A stretch of 31,165 nucleotides of DNA from a virus (IMGVR_UViG_2541047931_000001); one strand, 5' to 3'; shown: positions 7,976 through 21,240, counted from the first letter of the stretch. Notes: generated by a model from the letters alone, not told the origin. Made by a program: numbers and translations.

Positions 7976-8072
7976 TATTTGACGTGGTTTGATGGCGTAG
8001 ATGCACGTTGTGACATGTAGATGATAATTATTATCATTTTGCGGGTCCTTTCCGGCGATCCGACAGGTTACG

Positions 8073-8084
8073 GGGCGGAAGGCG
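8073..8084. other. cosN, the 12-nt cohesive-end site (variant sequence)
   Basis: Flanks CAGGTTACG | GGGCGGAAGGCG | CGCGGGTTTTCGCTATTTATGAAAATTTTCC are collinear with the lambda cos junction; the 12-mer itself differs from lambda GGGCGGCGACCT at positions 7-12. Confidence 0.7.
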
Positions 8085-8255
8085 CGCGGGTTTTCGCTAT
8101 TTATGAAAATTTTCCGGTTTAAGGCGTTTCCGTTCTTCTTCTCCGTAACTTAATGTTTTTATTTAAAACACCCCCTGAAAAGAAAGGAAACGACAGGTGC
8201 TGAAAACAGGCCTTTTGGCCTCTGTCGTTTCCTTTCTCTGTTTTTGTCCGTGGAA
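8085..8255 (+). promoter_or_regulatory. cosB, terminase small-subunit binding sites R3/R2/R1 with intervening bend site
   Basis: Repeated CGTTTCC / GGAAACG elements (gcgtttccgttcttc; aaggaaacgacagg; tctgtcgtttcctttctc) immediately upstream of Nu1, as in lambda. Confidence 0.65.
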
Positions 8256-8261
8256 TGAACA

Positions 8262-8781
8262 ATGGAAGTCAACAAAAAGCAGCTGGCTGACATTTTCGGT
8301 GCGAGTATCCGTACCATTCAGAACTGGCAGGAACAGGGAATGCCCGTTCTGCGAGGCGGTGGCAAGGGTAATGAGGTGCTTTATGACTCTGCCGCCGTCA
8401 TAAAATGGTATGCCGAAAGGGATGCTGAAATTGAGAACGAAAAGCTGCGCCGGGAGGTTGAAGAATTACGGCTGGCCAGCGAGGCAGATCTTCACCCCGG
8501 AACACTTGAATTTGAGCGCCATCGCCTGACTCGTGCTCAGGCGACGGCGCAGGAACTGAAAAATGCCAAAGAATCGGCTGAAGTGGTGGAAACCGCATTC
8601 TGTACTTTCGTGCTGTCGCGTATAGCAAGGGAAATATCCAGTATTCTCGACGGTATTCCTCTGTCGGTGCAGCGACGTTTTCCTGAGCTGGATAACCGGC
8701 ATATTGATTTCCTGAAACGGGATATCATCAAAGCCATGAACAAAGCAGCCGCGCTGGATGAACTGATACCGGGGTTGCTGA

Positions 8782-8807
<26 letters not shown>
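8262..8807 (+). CDS. Nu1: Terminase small subunit, 181 aa
   Basis: MEVNKKQLADIFGASIRTIQNWQEQGMPVLRGGGKGNEVLYDSAAVIKWYAERD... is near-identical to lambda gpNu1; same length. Confidence 0.95.
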
Positions 8808-12488
<3,681 letters not shown>

Positions 12489-12508
<20 letters not shown>

Positions 12509-13820
12509 TCTCCCGCATATTGCCAGCATGGCCTTTAATGAGCCGCTGATGCTTGAACCCGCCTATGCGCGGGTTTTCTTTTGTGCGCTTGCAGGCCAGC
12601 TTGGGATCAGCCGCCTGACGGATGCGGTGTCCGGCGACAGCCTGACTGCCCAGGAGGCACTCGCGACGCTGGCATTATCCGGTGATGATGACGGACCACG
12701 ACAGGCCCGCAGTTATCAGGTCATGAACGGCATCGCCGTGCTGCCGGTGTCCGGCACGCTGGTCAGCCGGACGCGGGCGCTGCAGCCGTACTCGGGGATG
12801 ACCGGTTACAACGGCATTATCGCCCGTCTGCAACAGGCTGCCAGCGACCCGATGGTGGACGGCATTCTGCTCGATATGGACACGCCAGGCGGAATGGTGG
12901 CGGGGGCATTTGACTGCGCTGACATCATCGCCCGTGTGCGTGACATAAAACCGGTATGGGCGCTGGCCAACGACATGAACTGCAGTGCAGGTCAGCTGCT
13001 TGCCAGTGCCGCCTCCCGGCGTCTGGTCACGCAGACCGCCCGGACAGGCTCCATCGGCGTCATGATGGCTCACAGTAATTACGGTGCTGCCCTGGAGAAA
13101 CAGGGTGTGGAAATCACGCTGATTTACAGCGGCAGCCATAAGGTGGATGGCAATCCCTACAGCCATCTTCCGGATGACGTCCGGGAGACACTGCAGTCCC
13201 GGATGGACGCAACCCGCCAGATGTTTGCGCAGAAGGTGTCGGCATATACCGGCCTGTCTGTGCAGGCTGTGCTGGATACCGAGGCTGCAGTGTACAGCGG
13301 TCAGGAGGCCATTGATGCCGGACTGGCTGATGAACTTGTTAACAGCACCGATGCGATCACCGTCATGCGTGATGCACTGGATGCGCGTAAATCCCGTCTC
13401 TCAGGAGGGCGAATGACCAAAGAGACTCAATCAACAACTGTTTCAGCCACTGCTTCGCAGGCTGACGTTACTGACGTGGTGCCAGCGACGGAGGGCGAAA
13501 ACGCCAGCGCGGCGCAGCCGGACGTGAACGCGCAGATCACCGCAGCGGTTGCGGCAGAAAACAGCCGCATTATGGGGATCCTCAACTGTGAGGAGGCTCA
13601 CGGACGCGAAGAACAGGCGCGCGTTCTGGCAGAAACCCCCGGAATGACCGTGGAAACGGCCCGCCGCATTCTGGCTGCAGCACCACAGAGTGCACAGGCG
13701 CGCAGTGACACTGCGCTGGATCGTCTGATGCAGGGTACACCGGCACCGCTGGCTGCAGGTAACCTGGCATCTGATACCAATAAAGAATTACTTAATACAC
13801 CTGAAGCTTTACCGGTATAA
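12489..13820 (+). CDS. C: Head maturation protease C, 443 aa
   Basis: GTG start at 12489 gives MTAELRNLPHIASMAFNEPLMLEP..., as lambda gpC. The ORF-track start at 12342 is an upstream over-extension. About 4 aa longer than lambda C. Confidence 0.9.
13203..13820 (+). CDS. Nu3: Scaffold protein Nu3, in-frame nested within the 3' part of C
   Basis: Internal in-frame ATG (MDATRQMFAQK...) at the position corresponding to lambda Nu3 by collinearity. Coordinate inferred from remembered lambda map. Confidence 0.45.
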   Translation: MDATRQMFAQKVSAYTGLSVQAVLDTEAAVYSGQEAIDAGLADELVNSTDAITVMRDALDARKSRLSGGRMTKETQSTTVSATASQADVTDVVPATEGENASAAQPDVNAQITAAVAAENSRIMGILNCEEAHGREEQARVLAETPGMTVETARRILAAAPQSAQARSDTALDRLMQGTPAPLAAGNLASDTNKELLNTPEALPV

Positions 13821-13829
13821 GAGGCAGTT

Positions 13830-14162
13830 ATGGCGACAAAAGAAGAGTTTAACCATTACCAGCCGCTGGGTAACAGTGATCCGGCTCATACAGCAATTGC
13901 GCCTGGCGGATTGAGTGCGAAAACGCCTGCAATGACCCCGCTGATGCTGGATGGCACTACCCGTAAGCTGGTTGTGTGGGATGGCACCACCGACGGTGCA
14001 GCCGTTGGCATTCTGTCGGTTGCTGCTGACCAGACCAGCACCACACTGACGTTCTACAAGTCCGGCTCGTTTCGTTATGAGGATGTGCTCTGGCCGGAGG
14101 CTGCCAGCGACGAGACTAAAAAACGGACCGCGTTTGCCGGAACGGCAATCAGCATCGTTTAA
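13830..14162 (+). CDS. D: Head decoration protein D, 110 aa
   Basis: Size and position as lambda gpD. Confidence 0.95.
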   Translation: MATKEEFNHYQPLGNSDPAHTAIAPGGLSAKTPAMTPLMLDGTTRKLVVWDGTTDGAAVGILSVAADQTSTTLTFYKSGSFRYEDVLWPEAASDETKKRTAFAGTAISIV

Positions 14163-14181
14163 TCTTCCCCTTCATCAACAA

Positions 14182-14208
14182 AGGCCGCCTGTGCGGCTTT
14201 TTTTATGG
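14182..14208 (+). terminator. Hairpin plus T-run between D and E
   Basis: aaaggccgc ctgt gcggc followed by ttttttt. Confidence 0.4.
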
Positions 14209-14217
14209 AAATAATTT

Positions 14218-15243
14218 ATGTCTGTATATACAACTGCAGAATTACTGGCATCGACCCAGCATCACTTTAAGTTCGATCCGCTGTTTCTGCGCCTGTTTTT
14301 CCGTGAAACCTATCCTTTCACCACGGAAAAAGTCTATCTCTCACAAATTCCGGGACTGGTAAACATGGCGCTGTACGTTTCGCCGATTGTTTCCGGTGAG
14401 GTTATCCGATCCCGTGGCGGCTCCACCTCTGAATTTACGCCGGGTTATGTCAAACCCAAGCATGAGGTGAATCCGCAGATGACCCTGCGTCGCCTGCCGG
14501 ATGAAGATCCGCAGAACCTGGCTGACCCGGCTTACCGTCGTCGCCGTATTATTCGGCAGAATATGCTGGATGAAAATCTGGCGATTGCCCAGGTCGAAGA
14601 GATGCAGGCAGTTTCTGCCGTGCTTAAGGGCAAATACACCATGACCGGTGAAGCCTTCGATCCGGTTGAGGTGGATATGGGCCGCAGTGCGGCGAATAAC
14701 ATCACGCAGTCCGGCGGCACAGAGTGGAGCAAGCGTGACAAGTCCACGTATGACCCGACCGACGATATCGAAGCCTACGCGCTGAACGCCAGCGGTGTGG
14801 TGAATATCATCGTGTTTGATCCGAAAGGCTGGGCGCTGTTCCGTTCCTTCAAGGCCGTCAAGGAGAAGCTGGATACCCGTCGCGGCTCTCATTCCGAGCT
14901 GGAGACAGCGGTAAAAGACCTGGGTAAAGCGGTGTCTTATAAGGGAATGTATGGCGATGTGGCCATCGTCGTGTATTCCGGACAGTACGTGGAAAACGGC
15001 GTCAAAAAGAACTTCCTGCCGGACAACACGATGGTGCTGGGGAACACTCAGGCACGCGGTCTGCGCACCTATGGTTGCATTCAGGATGCGGACGCACAGC
15101 GCGAAGGCATTAACGCCTCTGCCCGTTACCCGAAAAACTGGGTGACCACCGGCGACCCGGCGCGTGAGTTCACCATGATTCAGTCAGCACCGCTGATGCT
15201 GCTGGCTGACCCTGATGAGTTCGTGTCCGTTCAACTGGCGTAA
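14218..15243 (+). CDS. E: Major capsid protein E, 341 aa
   Basis: Size and position identical to lambda gpE. Confidence 0.95.
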   Translation: MSVYTTAELLASTQHHFKFDPLFLRLFFRETYPFTTEKVYLSQIPGLVNMALYVSPIVSGEVIRSRGGSTSEFTPGYVKPKHEVNPQMTLRRLPDEDPQNLADPAYRRRRIIRQNMLDENLAIAQVEEMQAVSAVLKGKYTMTGEAFDPVEVDMGRSAANNITQSGGTEWSKRDKSTYDPTDDIEAYALNASGVVNIIVFDPKGWALFRSFKAVKEKLDTRRGSHSELETAVKDLGKAVSYKGMYGDVAIVVYSGQYVENGVKKNFLPDNTMVLGNTQARGLRTYGCIQDADAQREGINASARYPKNWVTTGDPAREFTMIQSAPLMLLADPDEFVSVQLA

Positions 15244-15284
15244 TCATGGCCCTTCGGGGCCATTTTCTCTCTGTGGAGGAGTCC

Positions 15285-15680
15285 ATGACGAAAGATGAAC
15301 TGATTGCCCGTCTCCGGTCGCTGGGTGAGCAACTGAACCGTGATGTCAGCCTGACGGGGACGAAAGAAGAACTGGCGCTCCGTGTGGCAGAGCTGGAAGA
15401 GGAGCTTGATGACACGGATGACGCAGCCGGTCAGGACACGTCTGTCAGCCCGGAAAATGCGCTGACCGGACATGAAAATGAGGTGGTATCAGCACAGCCG
15501 GATTCCGTGACTGATACGGCTGCTCTGGTCACGGTTGTGGCACTGGTGACGCTGCATACCGATGCACTTCACGCCACGCGGGATGAGGCTGTGGCATTTG
15601 TGCTGCCGGGAACGGCGTTTCGTGTCTCTGCCGGTGTGGCAGCCGAAATGACAGAACGTGGCCTGGCCAGAATGCAATAA
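15285..15680 (+). CDS. FI: DNA-packaging protein FI
   Basis: MTKDELIARLRSLGEQLNRDVSLTGTKEELALRVAEL... matches lambda gpFI. GGAGGA SD precedes the ATG at 15285. The ORF-track start at 15246 is upstream. Confidence 0.85.
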   Translation: MTKDELIARLRSLGEQLNRDVSLTGTKEELALRVAELEEELDDTDDAAGQDTSVSPENALTGHENEVVSAQPDSVTDTAALVTVVALVTLHTDALHATRDEAVAFVLPGTAFRVSAGVAAEMTERGLARMQ

Positions 15681-15691
15681 CGGGAGGCGCT

Positions 15692-16045
15692 GTGGCTGAT
15701 TTCGATAACCTGTTCGATGCTGCCATTGCCCGCGCCGATGAAACGATACGCGGGTACATGGGAACGTCAGCCACCATGACATCCGGTGAGCAGTCCGGCG
15801 CAGTAATACGTGGTGTTTTTGATGACCCTGAAAATATCAGCTATGCCGGACAGGGCGTACGCGTTGAAGGCTCCAGCCCGTCCCTGTTTGTCCGGACTGA
15901 TGATGTGCGGCAGCTGCGGCGCGGCGACACGCTGACCATCGGTGAGGAAAACTTCTGGATAGACCGGATTTCGCCGGATGATGGCGGAAGCTGTCATCTC
16001 TGGCTTGGGCGGGGCGTACCGCCTGCCGTTAACCGTCGCCGCTGA
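15692..16045 (+). CDS. FII: Head-tail connector protein FII, 117 aa
   Basis: Size and position as lambda gpFII. Confidence 0.9.
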   Translation: MADFDNLFDAAIARADETIRGYMGTSATMTSGEQSGAVIRGVFDDPENISYAGQGVRVEGSSPSLFVRTDDVRQLRRGDTLTIGEENFWIDRISPDDGGSCHLWLGRGVPPAVNRRR

Positions 16046-16056
16046 AAGGGGGATGT

Positions 16057-16635
16057 ATGGCCATAAAAGGTCTTGAGCAGGCCGTTGAAAACCTCAGCCG
16101 TATCAGCAAAACGGCGGTGCCCGGTGCCGCCGCAATGGCCATTAACCGCGTTGCTTCATCCGCGATATCGCAGTCGGCGTCACAGGTTGCCCGTGAGACA
16201 AAGGTACGCCGGAAACTGGTAAAGGAAAGGGCCAGGCTGAAAAGGGCCACGGTCAAAAATCCGCAGGCCAGAATCAGGGTTAACCGGGGGGATTTGCCCG
16301 TAATCAAGCTGGGTAATGCGCGGGTTGTCCTGTCCCGCCGCAGGCGTCGTAAAAAGGGGCAGCGTTCATCCCTGAAAGGTGGCGGCAGCGTGCTTGTGGT
16401 GGGAAACCGTCGTATTCCCGGCGCGTTTATTCAGCAACTGAAAAATGGCCGGTGGCATGTCATGCAGCGTGTGGCCGGGAAAAACCGTTACCCCATTGAT
16501 GTGGTGAAAATTCCGATGGCGGTGCCGCTGACCACGGCGTTTAAACAGAATATTGAGCGGATACGGCGTGAGCGTCTTCCGAAAGAGCTGGGCTATGCGC
16601 TGCAGCATCAACTGAGAATGGTAATAAAGCGATGA
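16057..16635 (+). CDS. Z: Tail completion protein Z, 192 aa
   Basis: Size and position as lambda gpZ. Confidence 0.9.
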   Translation: MAIKGLEQAVENLSRISKTAVPGAAAMAINRVASSAISQSASQVARETKVRRKLVKERARLKRATVKNPQARIRVNRGDLPVIKLGNARVVLSRRRRRKKGQRSSLKGGGSVLVVGNRRIPGAFIQQLKNGRWHVMQRVAGKNRYPIDVVKIPMAVPLTTAFKQNIERIRRERLPKELGYALQHQLRMVIKR

Positions 16636-17027
16636 AACATACTGAACTCCGTGCAGCCGTACTGGATGCACTGGAGAAGCATGACACCGGGGCGACGCTT
16701 TTTGATGGTCGCCCCGCTGTTTTTGATGAGGAAGATTTTCCGGCAATTGCCGTTTATCTCACCGGCGCTGAATACACGGGCGAAGAGCTGGACAGCGATA
16801 CCTGGCAGGCGGAGCTGCATATTGAAGTTTTCCTGCCTGCTCAGGTGCCGGATTCAGAGCTGGATTCGTGGATGGAGTCCCGGATTTATCCGGTGATGAG
16901 CGATATCCCGGCACTGTCAGATTTGATCACCAGTATGGTGGCCAGTGGCTATGACTACCGGCGCGACGATGATGCGGGCCTGTGGAGTTCAGCCGATCTG
17001 ACTTATGTCATTACCTATGAAATGTGA
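16632..17027 (+). CDS. U: Tail terminator protein U, 131 aa
   Basis: Size and position as lambda gpU; ATGA overlap with Z. Confidence 0.9.
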   Translation: MKHTELRAAVLDALEKHDTGATLFDGRPAVFDEEDFPAIAVYLTGAEYTGEELDSDTWQAELHIEVFLPAQVPDSELDSWMESRIYPVMSDIPALSDLITSMVASGYDYRRDDDAGLWSSADLTYVITYEM

Positions 17028-17034
17028 GGACGAT

Positions 17035-17814
17035 ATGCCAACACCAAATCCTCTGGCACCGGTGAAAGGGGCCGGGACCACACTGTGGGTTTATAACGGG
17101 AGCGGCGACCCTTATGCAAACCCGCTTTCAGACAATGACTGGTCGCGTCTGGCAAAGGTTAAAGACCTGACGCCCGGCGAACTGACCGCTGAGTCCTATG
17201 ACGACAGTTATCTCGATGATGAAGATGCGGACTGGACCGCGACCGGACAGGGGCAGAAATCTGCCGGAGATACCAGCTTCACGCTGGCGTGGATGCCCGG
17301 AGAGCAGGGGCAGCAGGCGCTGCTGGCGTGGATGCCCGGAGAGCAGGGGCAGCAGGCGCTGCTGGCGTGGTTTAATGAAGGTGATACCCGTGCCTATAAA
17401 ATCCGCTTCCCGAACGGCACGGTCGATGTGTTCCGCGGCTGGGTCAGCAGTATCGGTAAGGCGGTGACGGCGAAGGACGTGATCACCCGCACGGTGAAAG
17501 TCACCAACGTAGGACGTCCGTCGATGGCAGAAGATCGCAGCACGGTAACAGCGGCAACCGGTATGACCGTGACGCCAGCCAGCGCTTCCGTAGTGAAAGG
17601 GAAGAGCACCACGCTGACCGTGGCATTCCAGCCGGAAGGCGCAACCGACAAGAGCTTCCGTGCGGTGTCAGCGGATAAAACAAAAGCCACCGTGTCGGTC
17701 AGTGGTATGACCATCACCGTGAATGGCGTTGCTGCAGGTAAGGTCAACATTCCGGTCGTATCCGGTAATGGTGAGTTTGCTGCGGTTGCAGAAATCACCG
17801 TCACCGCCAGTTAA
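17035..17814 (+). CDS. V: Major tail protein V, 259 aa (lambda 246 aa plus a 13-aa in-frame duplication)
   Basis: [33 protein letters not shown]... and the C-terminal Ig-like domain match lambda gpV. Contains a duplicated [13 protein letters not shown] segment. Confidence 0.9.
   Translation: MPTPNPLAPVKGAGTTLWVYNGSGDPYANPLSDNDWSRLAKVKDLTPGELTAESYDDSYLDDEDADWTATGQGQKSAGDTSFTLAWMPGEQGQQALLAWMPGEQGQQALLAWFNEGDTRAYKIRFPNGTVDVFRGWVSSIGKAVTAKDVITRTVKVTNVGRPSMAEDRSTVTAATGMTVTPASASVVKGKSTTLTVAFQPEGATDKSFRAVSADKTKATVSVSGMTITVNGVAAGKVNIPVVSGNGEFAAVAEITVTAS
17284..17361 (+). repeat. Perfect 39-bp direct tandem duplication (2 copies) inside V
   Basis: ctggcgtggatgcccggagagcaggggcagcaggcgctg occurs twice in tandem (17284-17322 and 17323-17361). 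Confidence 0.85.
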
Positions 17815-17829
17815 TCCGGAGAGTCAGAG

Positions 17830-18252
17830 ATGTTCCTGAAAACCGAATCATTTGAACATAACGGTGTGACCGTCACGCTTTCTGAACTGTCAGCCCTGCA
17901 GCGTATTGAGCATCTCGCCCTGATGAAACGGCAGGCAGAACAGGCGGAGTCAGACAGCAACCGGAAGTTTACTGTGGAAGACGCCATCAGAACCGGCGCG
18001 TTTCTGGTGGCGATGTCCCTGTGGCATAACCATCCGCAGAAGACGCAGATGCCGTCCATGAATGAAGCCGTTAAACAGATTGAGCAGGAAGTGCTTACCA
18101 CCTGGCCCACGGAGGCAATTTCTCATGCTGAAAACGTGGTGTACCGGCTGTCTGGTATGTATGAGTTTGTTGTGAATAATACCCCTGAACAGACAGAGGA
18201 CGCCGGGCCTGCAGAGCCTGTTTCTGCGGGAAAGTGTTCGACGGTGAGCTGA
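17830..18252 (+). CDS. G: Tail assembly chaperone G, 140 aa
   Basis: Size and position as lambda gpG; ends ...PVSAGKCSTVS. Confidence 0.9.
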   Translation: MFLKTESFEHNGVTVTLSELSALQRIEHLALMKRQAEQAESDSNRKFTVEDAIRTGAFLVAMSLWHNHPQKTQMPSMNEAVKQIEQEVLTTWPTEAISHAENVVYRLSGMYEFVVNNTPEQTEDAGPAEPVSAGKCSTVS

Positions 18253-18668
18253 GTTTTGCCCTGAAACTGGCGCGTGAGATGGGGCGACCCGACTGGCGTG
18301 CCATGCTTGCCGGGATGTCATCCACGGAGTATGCCGACTGGCACCGCTTTTACAGTACCCATTATTTTCATGATGTTCTGCTGGATATGCACTTTTCCGG
18401 GCTGACGTACACCGTGCTCAGCCTGTTTTTCAGCGATCCGGATATGCATCCGCTGGATTTCAGTTTGCTGAACCGGCGCGAGGCTGACGAGGAGCCTGAA
18501 GATGATGTGCTGATGCAGAAAGCGGCAGGGCTTGCCGGAGGTGTCCGCTTTGGCCCGGACGGGAATGAAGTTATCCCTACTTCCCCGGATGTGGCGGACA
18601 TGACGGAGGATGACGTAATGCTGATGACAGTATCAGAAGGGATCGCAGGAGGAGTCCGGTATGGCTGA
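18234..18668 (+). CDS. T: T portion of the G-T tail assembly chaperone, expressed by -1 programmed frameshift from G
   Basis: Slippery heptamer G GGA AAG at 18228-18234 in the G frame; the -1 frame continues as ...GKVFDGELSFALKLAREMGRPDW. No independent RBS. Confidence 0.85.
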   Translation: MFDGELSFALKLAREMGRPDWRAMLAGMSSTEYADWHRFYSTHYFHDVLLDMHFSGLTYTVLSLFFSDPDMHPLDFSLLNRREADEEPEDDVLMQKAAGLAGGVRFGPDGNEVIPTSPDVADMTEDDVMLMTVSEGIAGGVRYG

Positions 18669-21240
18669 ACCGGTAGGCGATCTGGTCGTTGATTTGAGTC
18701 TGGATGCGGCCAGATTTGACGAGCAGATGGCCAGAGTCAGGCGTCATTTTTCCGGTACGGAAAGTGATGCGAAAAAAACAGCGGCAGTCGTTGAACAGTC
18801 GCTGAGCCGACAGGCGCTGGCTGCACAGAAAGCGGGGATTTCCGTCGGGCAGTATAAAGCCGCCATGCGTATGCTGCCTGCACAGTTCACCGACGTGGCC
18901 ACGCAGCTTGCAGGCGGGCAAAGTCCGTGGCTGATCCTGCTGCAACAGGGTGGTCAGGTTAAGGACTCCTTCGGCGGGATGATCCCCATGTTCAGGGGGC
19001 TTGCCGGTGCGATCACCCTGCCGATGGTGGGGGCCACCTCGCTGGCGGTGGCGACCGGTGCGCTGGCGTATGCCTGGTATCAGGGCAACTCAACCCTGTC
19101 CGATTTCAACAAAACGCTGGTCCTTTCCGGCAATCAGGCGGGACTGACGGCAGATCGTATTCTGGCCCTGTCCAGAGCCGGGCAGGCGGCAGGGCTGACG
19201 TTTAACCAGACCAGCGAGTCACTGACGGCGCTGGTGAATGCCGGTGTGCGTGGTGGTGAGCAGTTTGAGGCGATCAGCCAGAGTGTGGCGCGTTTCTCCT
19301 CTGCATCCGGCGTGGAGGTGGACAAGGTCGCTGAAGCCTTCGGGAAGCTGACCACTGACCCGACGTCGGGACTGACAGCGATGGCACGTCAGTTCCATAA
19401 CGTGACGGCGGAGCAGATTGCGTATGTTGCTCAGTTGCAGCGTTCCGGAGATGAAGCCGGGGCATTGCAGGCGGCGAACGAGGCCGCAACGAAAGGGTTT
19501 GATGACCAGACCCGCCGCCTGAAAGAGAACATGGGCACGCTGGAGACCTGGGCAGACAGGACAGCACGGGCATTCAAATCCATGTGGGATTCGGTGCTGG
19601 ATATTGGTCGCCCGGACACTGCCCGGGAAATGCTGGAGAAAGCAGAAAAGGCTTTTGATGAGGCGGACAAAAAATGGCAGTGGTATCAGAGCCGGAGCCA
19701 CCGACGCGGTAAAACATCCGCATTTCTTGCCAATCTCCGGGGAGCATGGGAGGACAGAGCGAATGCGCAACTTGGGCTTTCAGCCGCCACGTTGCAGGCC
19801 GATCTTGAAAAGGCCAGAGAGATGGCAGCAAAGGACTGGGCCGAGTCTGAGGCATCACGGCTGAAATATACCGAAGAGGCGCAGAAGGCTTATGAACGCC
19901 TGCAGACGCCGCTGGAGAAATATACCGCCCGTCAGGAAGAACTGAACAAGGCACTGAAGGACGGGAAAATTCTGCAGGCAGATTACAACACGCTGATGGC
20001 GGCGGCGAAAAAGGACTATGAAGCGACGCTGAAAAAGGCGAAACAGTCCGGCGTGAAGGTGTCTGCGGGCGATCGTCAGGAAGACAGTGCTCATGCTGCC
20101 CTGCTGACGCTTCAGGCTGAACTCTGGACGCTGGAGAGGCATGCCGGAGCAAATGAGAAAATCAGCCAGCAGCGCCGGGATTTGTGGAAGGCGGAGAGTC
20201 AGTTCGCGGTACTGGAGGAGGCGGCGCAACGTCGCCAGCTGTCTGCACAGGAGAAATCCCTGCTGGCGCATAAAGATGAGACGCTGGAGTACAAACGCCA
20301 GTTGGCTGCACTTGGCGACAAGGTTACGTATCAGGAGCGCCTGAACGCGCTGGCGCAGCAGGCGGATAAATTCGCACAGCAGCAACGGGCAAAACGGGCC
20401 GCCATTGATGCGAAAAGCCGGGGGCTGACTGAGCGGCAGGCAGAACGGGAAGCCACGGAACAGCGCCTGAAGGAACAGTATGGCGATAATCCGCTGGCGC
20501 TGAATAACGTCATGTCAGAGCAGAAAAAGACCTGGGCGGCTGAAGACCAGCTTCGCGGGAGCTGGATGGCAGGCCTGAAGTCCGGCTGGAGTGAGTGGGA
20601 AGAGAGCGCCACGGACAGTATGTCGCAGGTAAAAAGTGCAGCCACGCAGACCTTTGATGGTATTGCACAGAATATGGCGGCGATGCTGACCGGCAGTGAG
20701 CAGAACTGGCGCAGCTTCACCCGTTCCGTGCTGTCCATGATGACAGAAATTCTGCTTAAGCAGGCAATGGTGGGGATTGTCGGGAGTATCGGCAGCGCCA
20801 TTGGCGGGGCTGTTGGTGGCGGCGCATCCGCGTCAGGCGGTACAGCCATTCAGGCCGCTGCGGCGAAATTCCATTTTGCAACCGGAGGATTTACGGGAAC
20901 CGGCGGCAAATATGAGCCAGCGGGGATTGTTCACCGTGGTGAATTTGTCTTCACGAAGGAGGCAACCAGCCGGATTGGCGTGGGAAATCTCTACCGGCTG
21001 ATGCGCGGCTATGCCACCGGCGGTTATGTCGGTGGCACCGGAAGTCCGGCGCAAATGCGGCGTTCAGAGGGTATCAGGTTTGAGCAGAACAACAACGTGG
21101 TGATTCAGAACGACGGTACGAATGGTCTGCCAGGTCCACAGATGATGAAAGCAGTGTATGACATGGCCCGCAAGGGTGCCCGCGATGAAATTCAGACACA
21201 GATGCGTGATGGTGGCCTGTTCTCCGGAGGTGGACGATGA
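18661..21240 (+). CDS. H: Tail tape-measure protein H, 859 aa
   Basis: MAEPVGDLVVDLSLDAARFDEQMARVRRHF... and the C-terminal ...MRDGGLFSGGGR match lambda gpH; about 6 aa longer than lambda. Confidence 0.95.
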   Translation: MAEPVGDLVVDLSLDAARFDEQMARVRRHFSGTESDAKKTAAVVEQSLSRQALAAQKAGISVGQYKAAMRMLPAQFTDVATQLAGGQSPWLILLQQGGQVKDSFGGMIPMFRGLAGAITLPMVGATSLAVATGALAYAWYQGNSTLSDFNKTLVLSGNQAGLTADRILALSRAGQAAGLTFNQTSESLTALVNAGVRGGEQFEAISQSVARFSSASGVEVDKVAEAFGKLTTDPTSGLTAMARQFHNVTAEQIAYVAQLQRSGDEAGALQAANEAATKGFDDQTRRLKENMGTLETWADRTARAFKSMWDSVLDIGRPDTAREMLEKAEKAFDEADKKWQWYQSRSHRRGKTSAFLANLRGAWEDRANAQLGLSAATLQADLEKAREMAAKDWAESEASRLKYTEEAQKAYERLQTPLEKYTARQEELNKALKDGKILQADYNTLMAAAKKDYEATLKKAKQSGVKVSAGDRQEDSAHAALLTLQAELWTLERHAGANEKISQQRRDLWKAESQFAVLEEAAQRRQLSAQEKSLLAHKDETLEYKRQLAALGDKVTYQERLNALAQQADKFAQQQRAKRAAIDAKSRGLTERQAEREATEQRLKEQYGDNPLALNNVMSEQKKTWAAEDQLRGSWMAGLKSGWSEWEESATDSMSQVKSAATQTFDGIAQNMAAMLTGSEQNWRSFTRSVLSMMTEILLKQAMVGIVGSIGSAIGGAVGGGASASGGTAIQAAAAKFHFATGGFTGTGGKYEPAGIVHRGEFVFTKEATSRIGVGNLYRLMRGYATGGYVGGTGSPAQMRRSEGIRFEQNNNVVIQNDGTNGLPGPQMMKAVYDMARKGARDEIQTQMRDGGLFSGGGR

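Noticed and set aside
19600-19900. Possible mosaic replacement of a central segment of tape-measure gene H relative to lambda
   Set aside because: The impression relies on recollection of the lambda H sequence, which I cannot reproduce reliably enough. Only the 6-aa length difference is supported.
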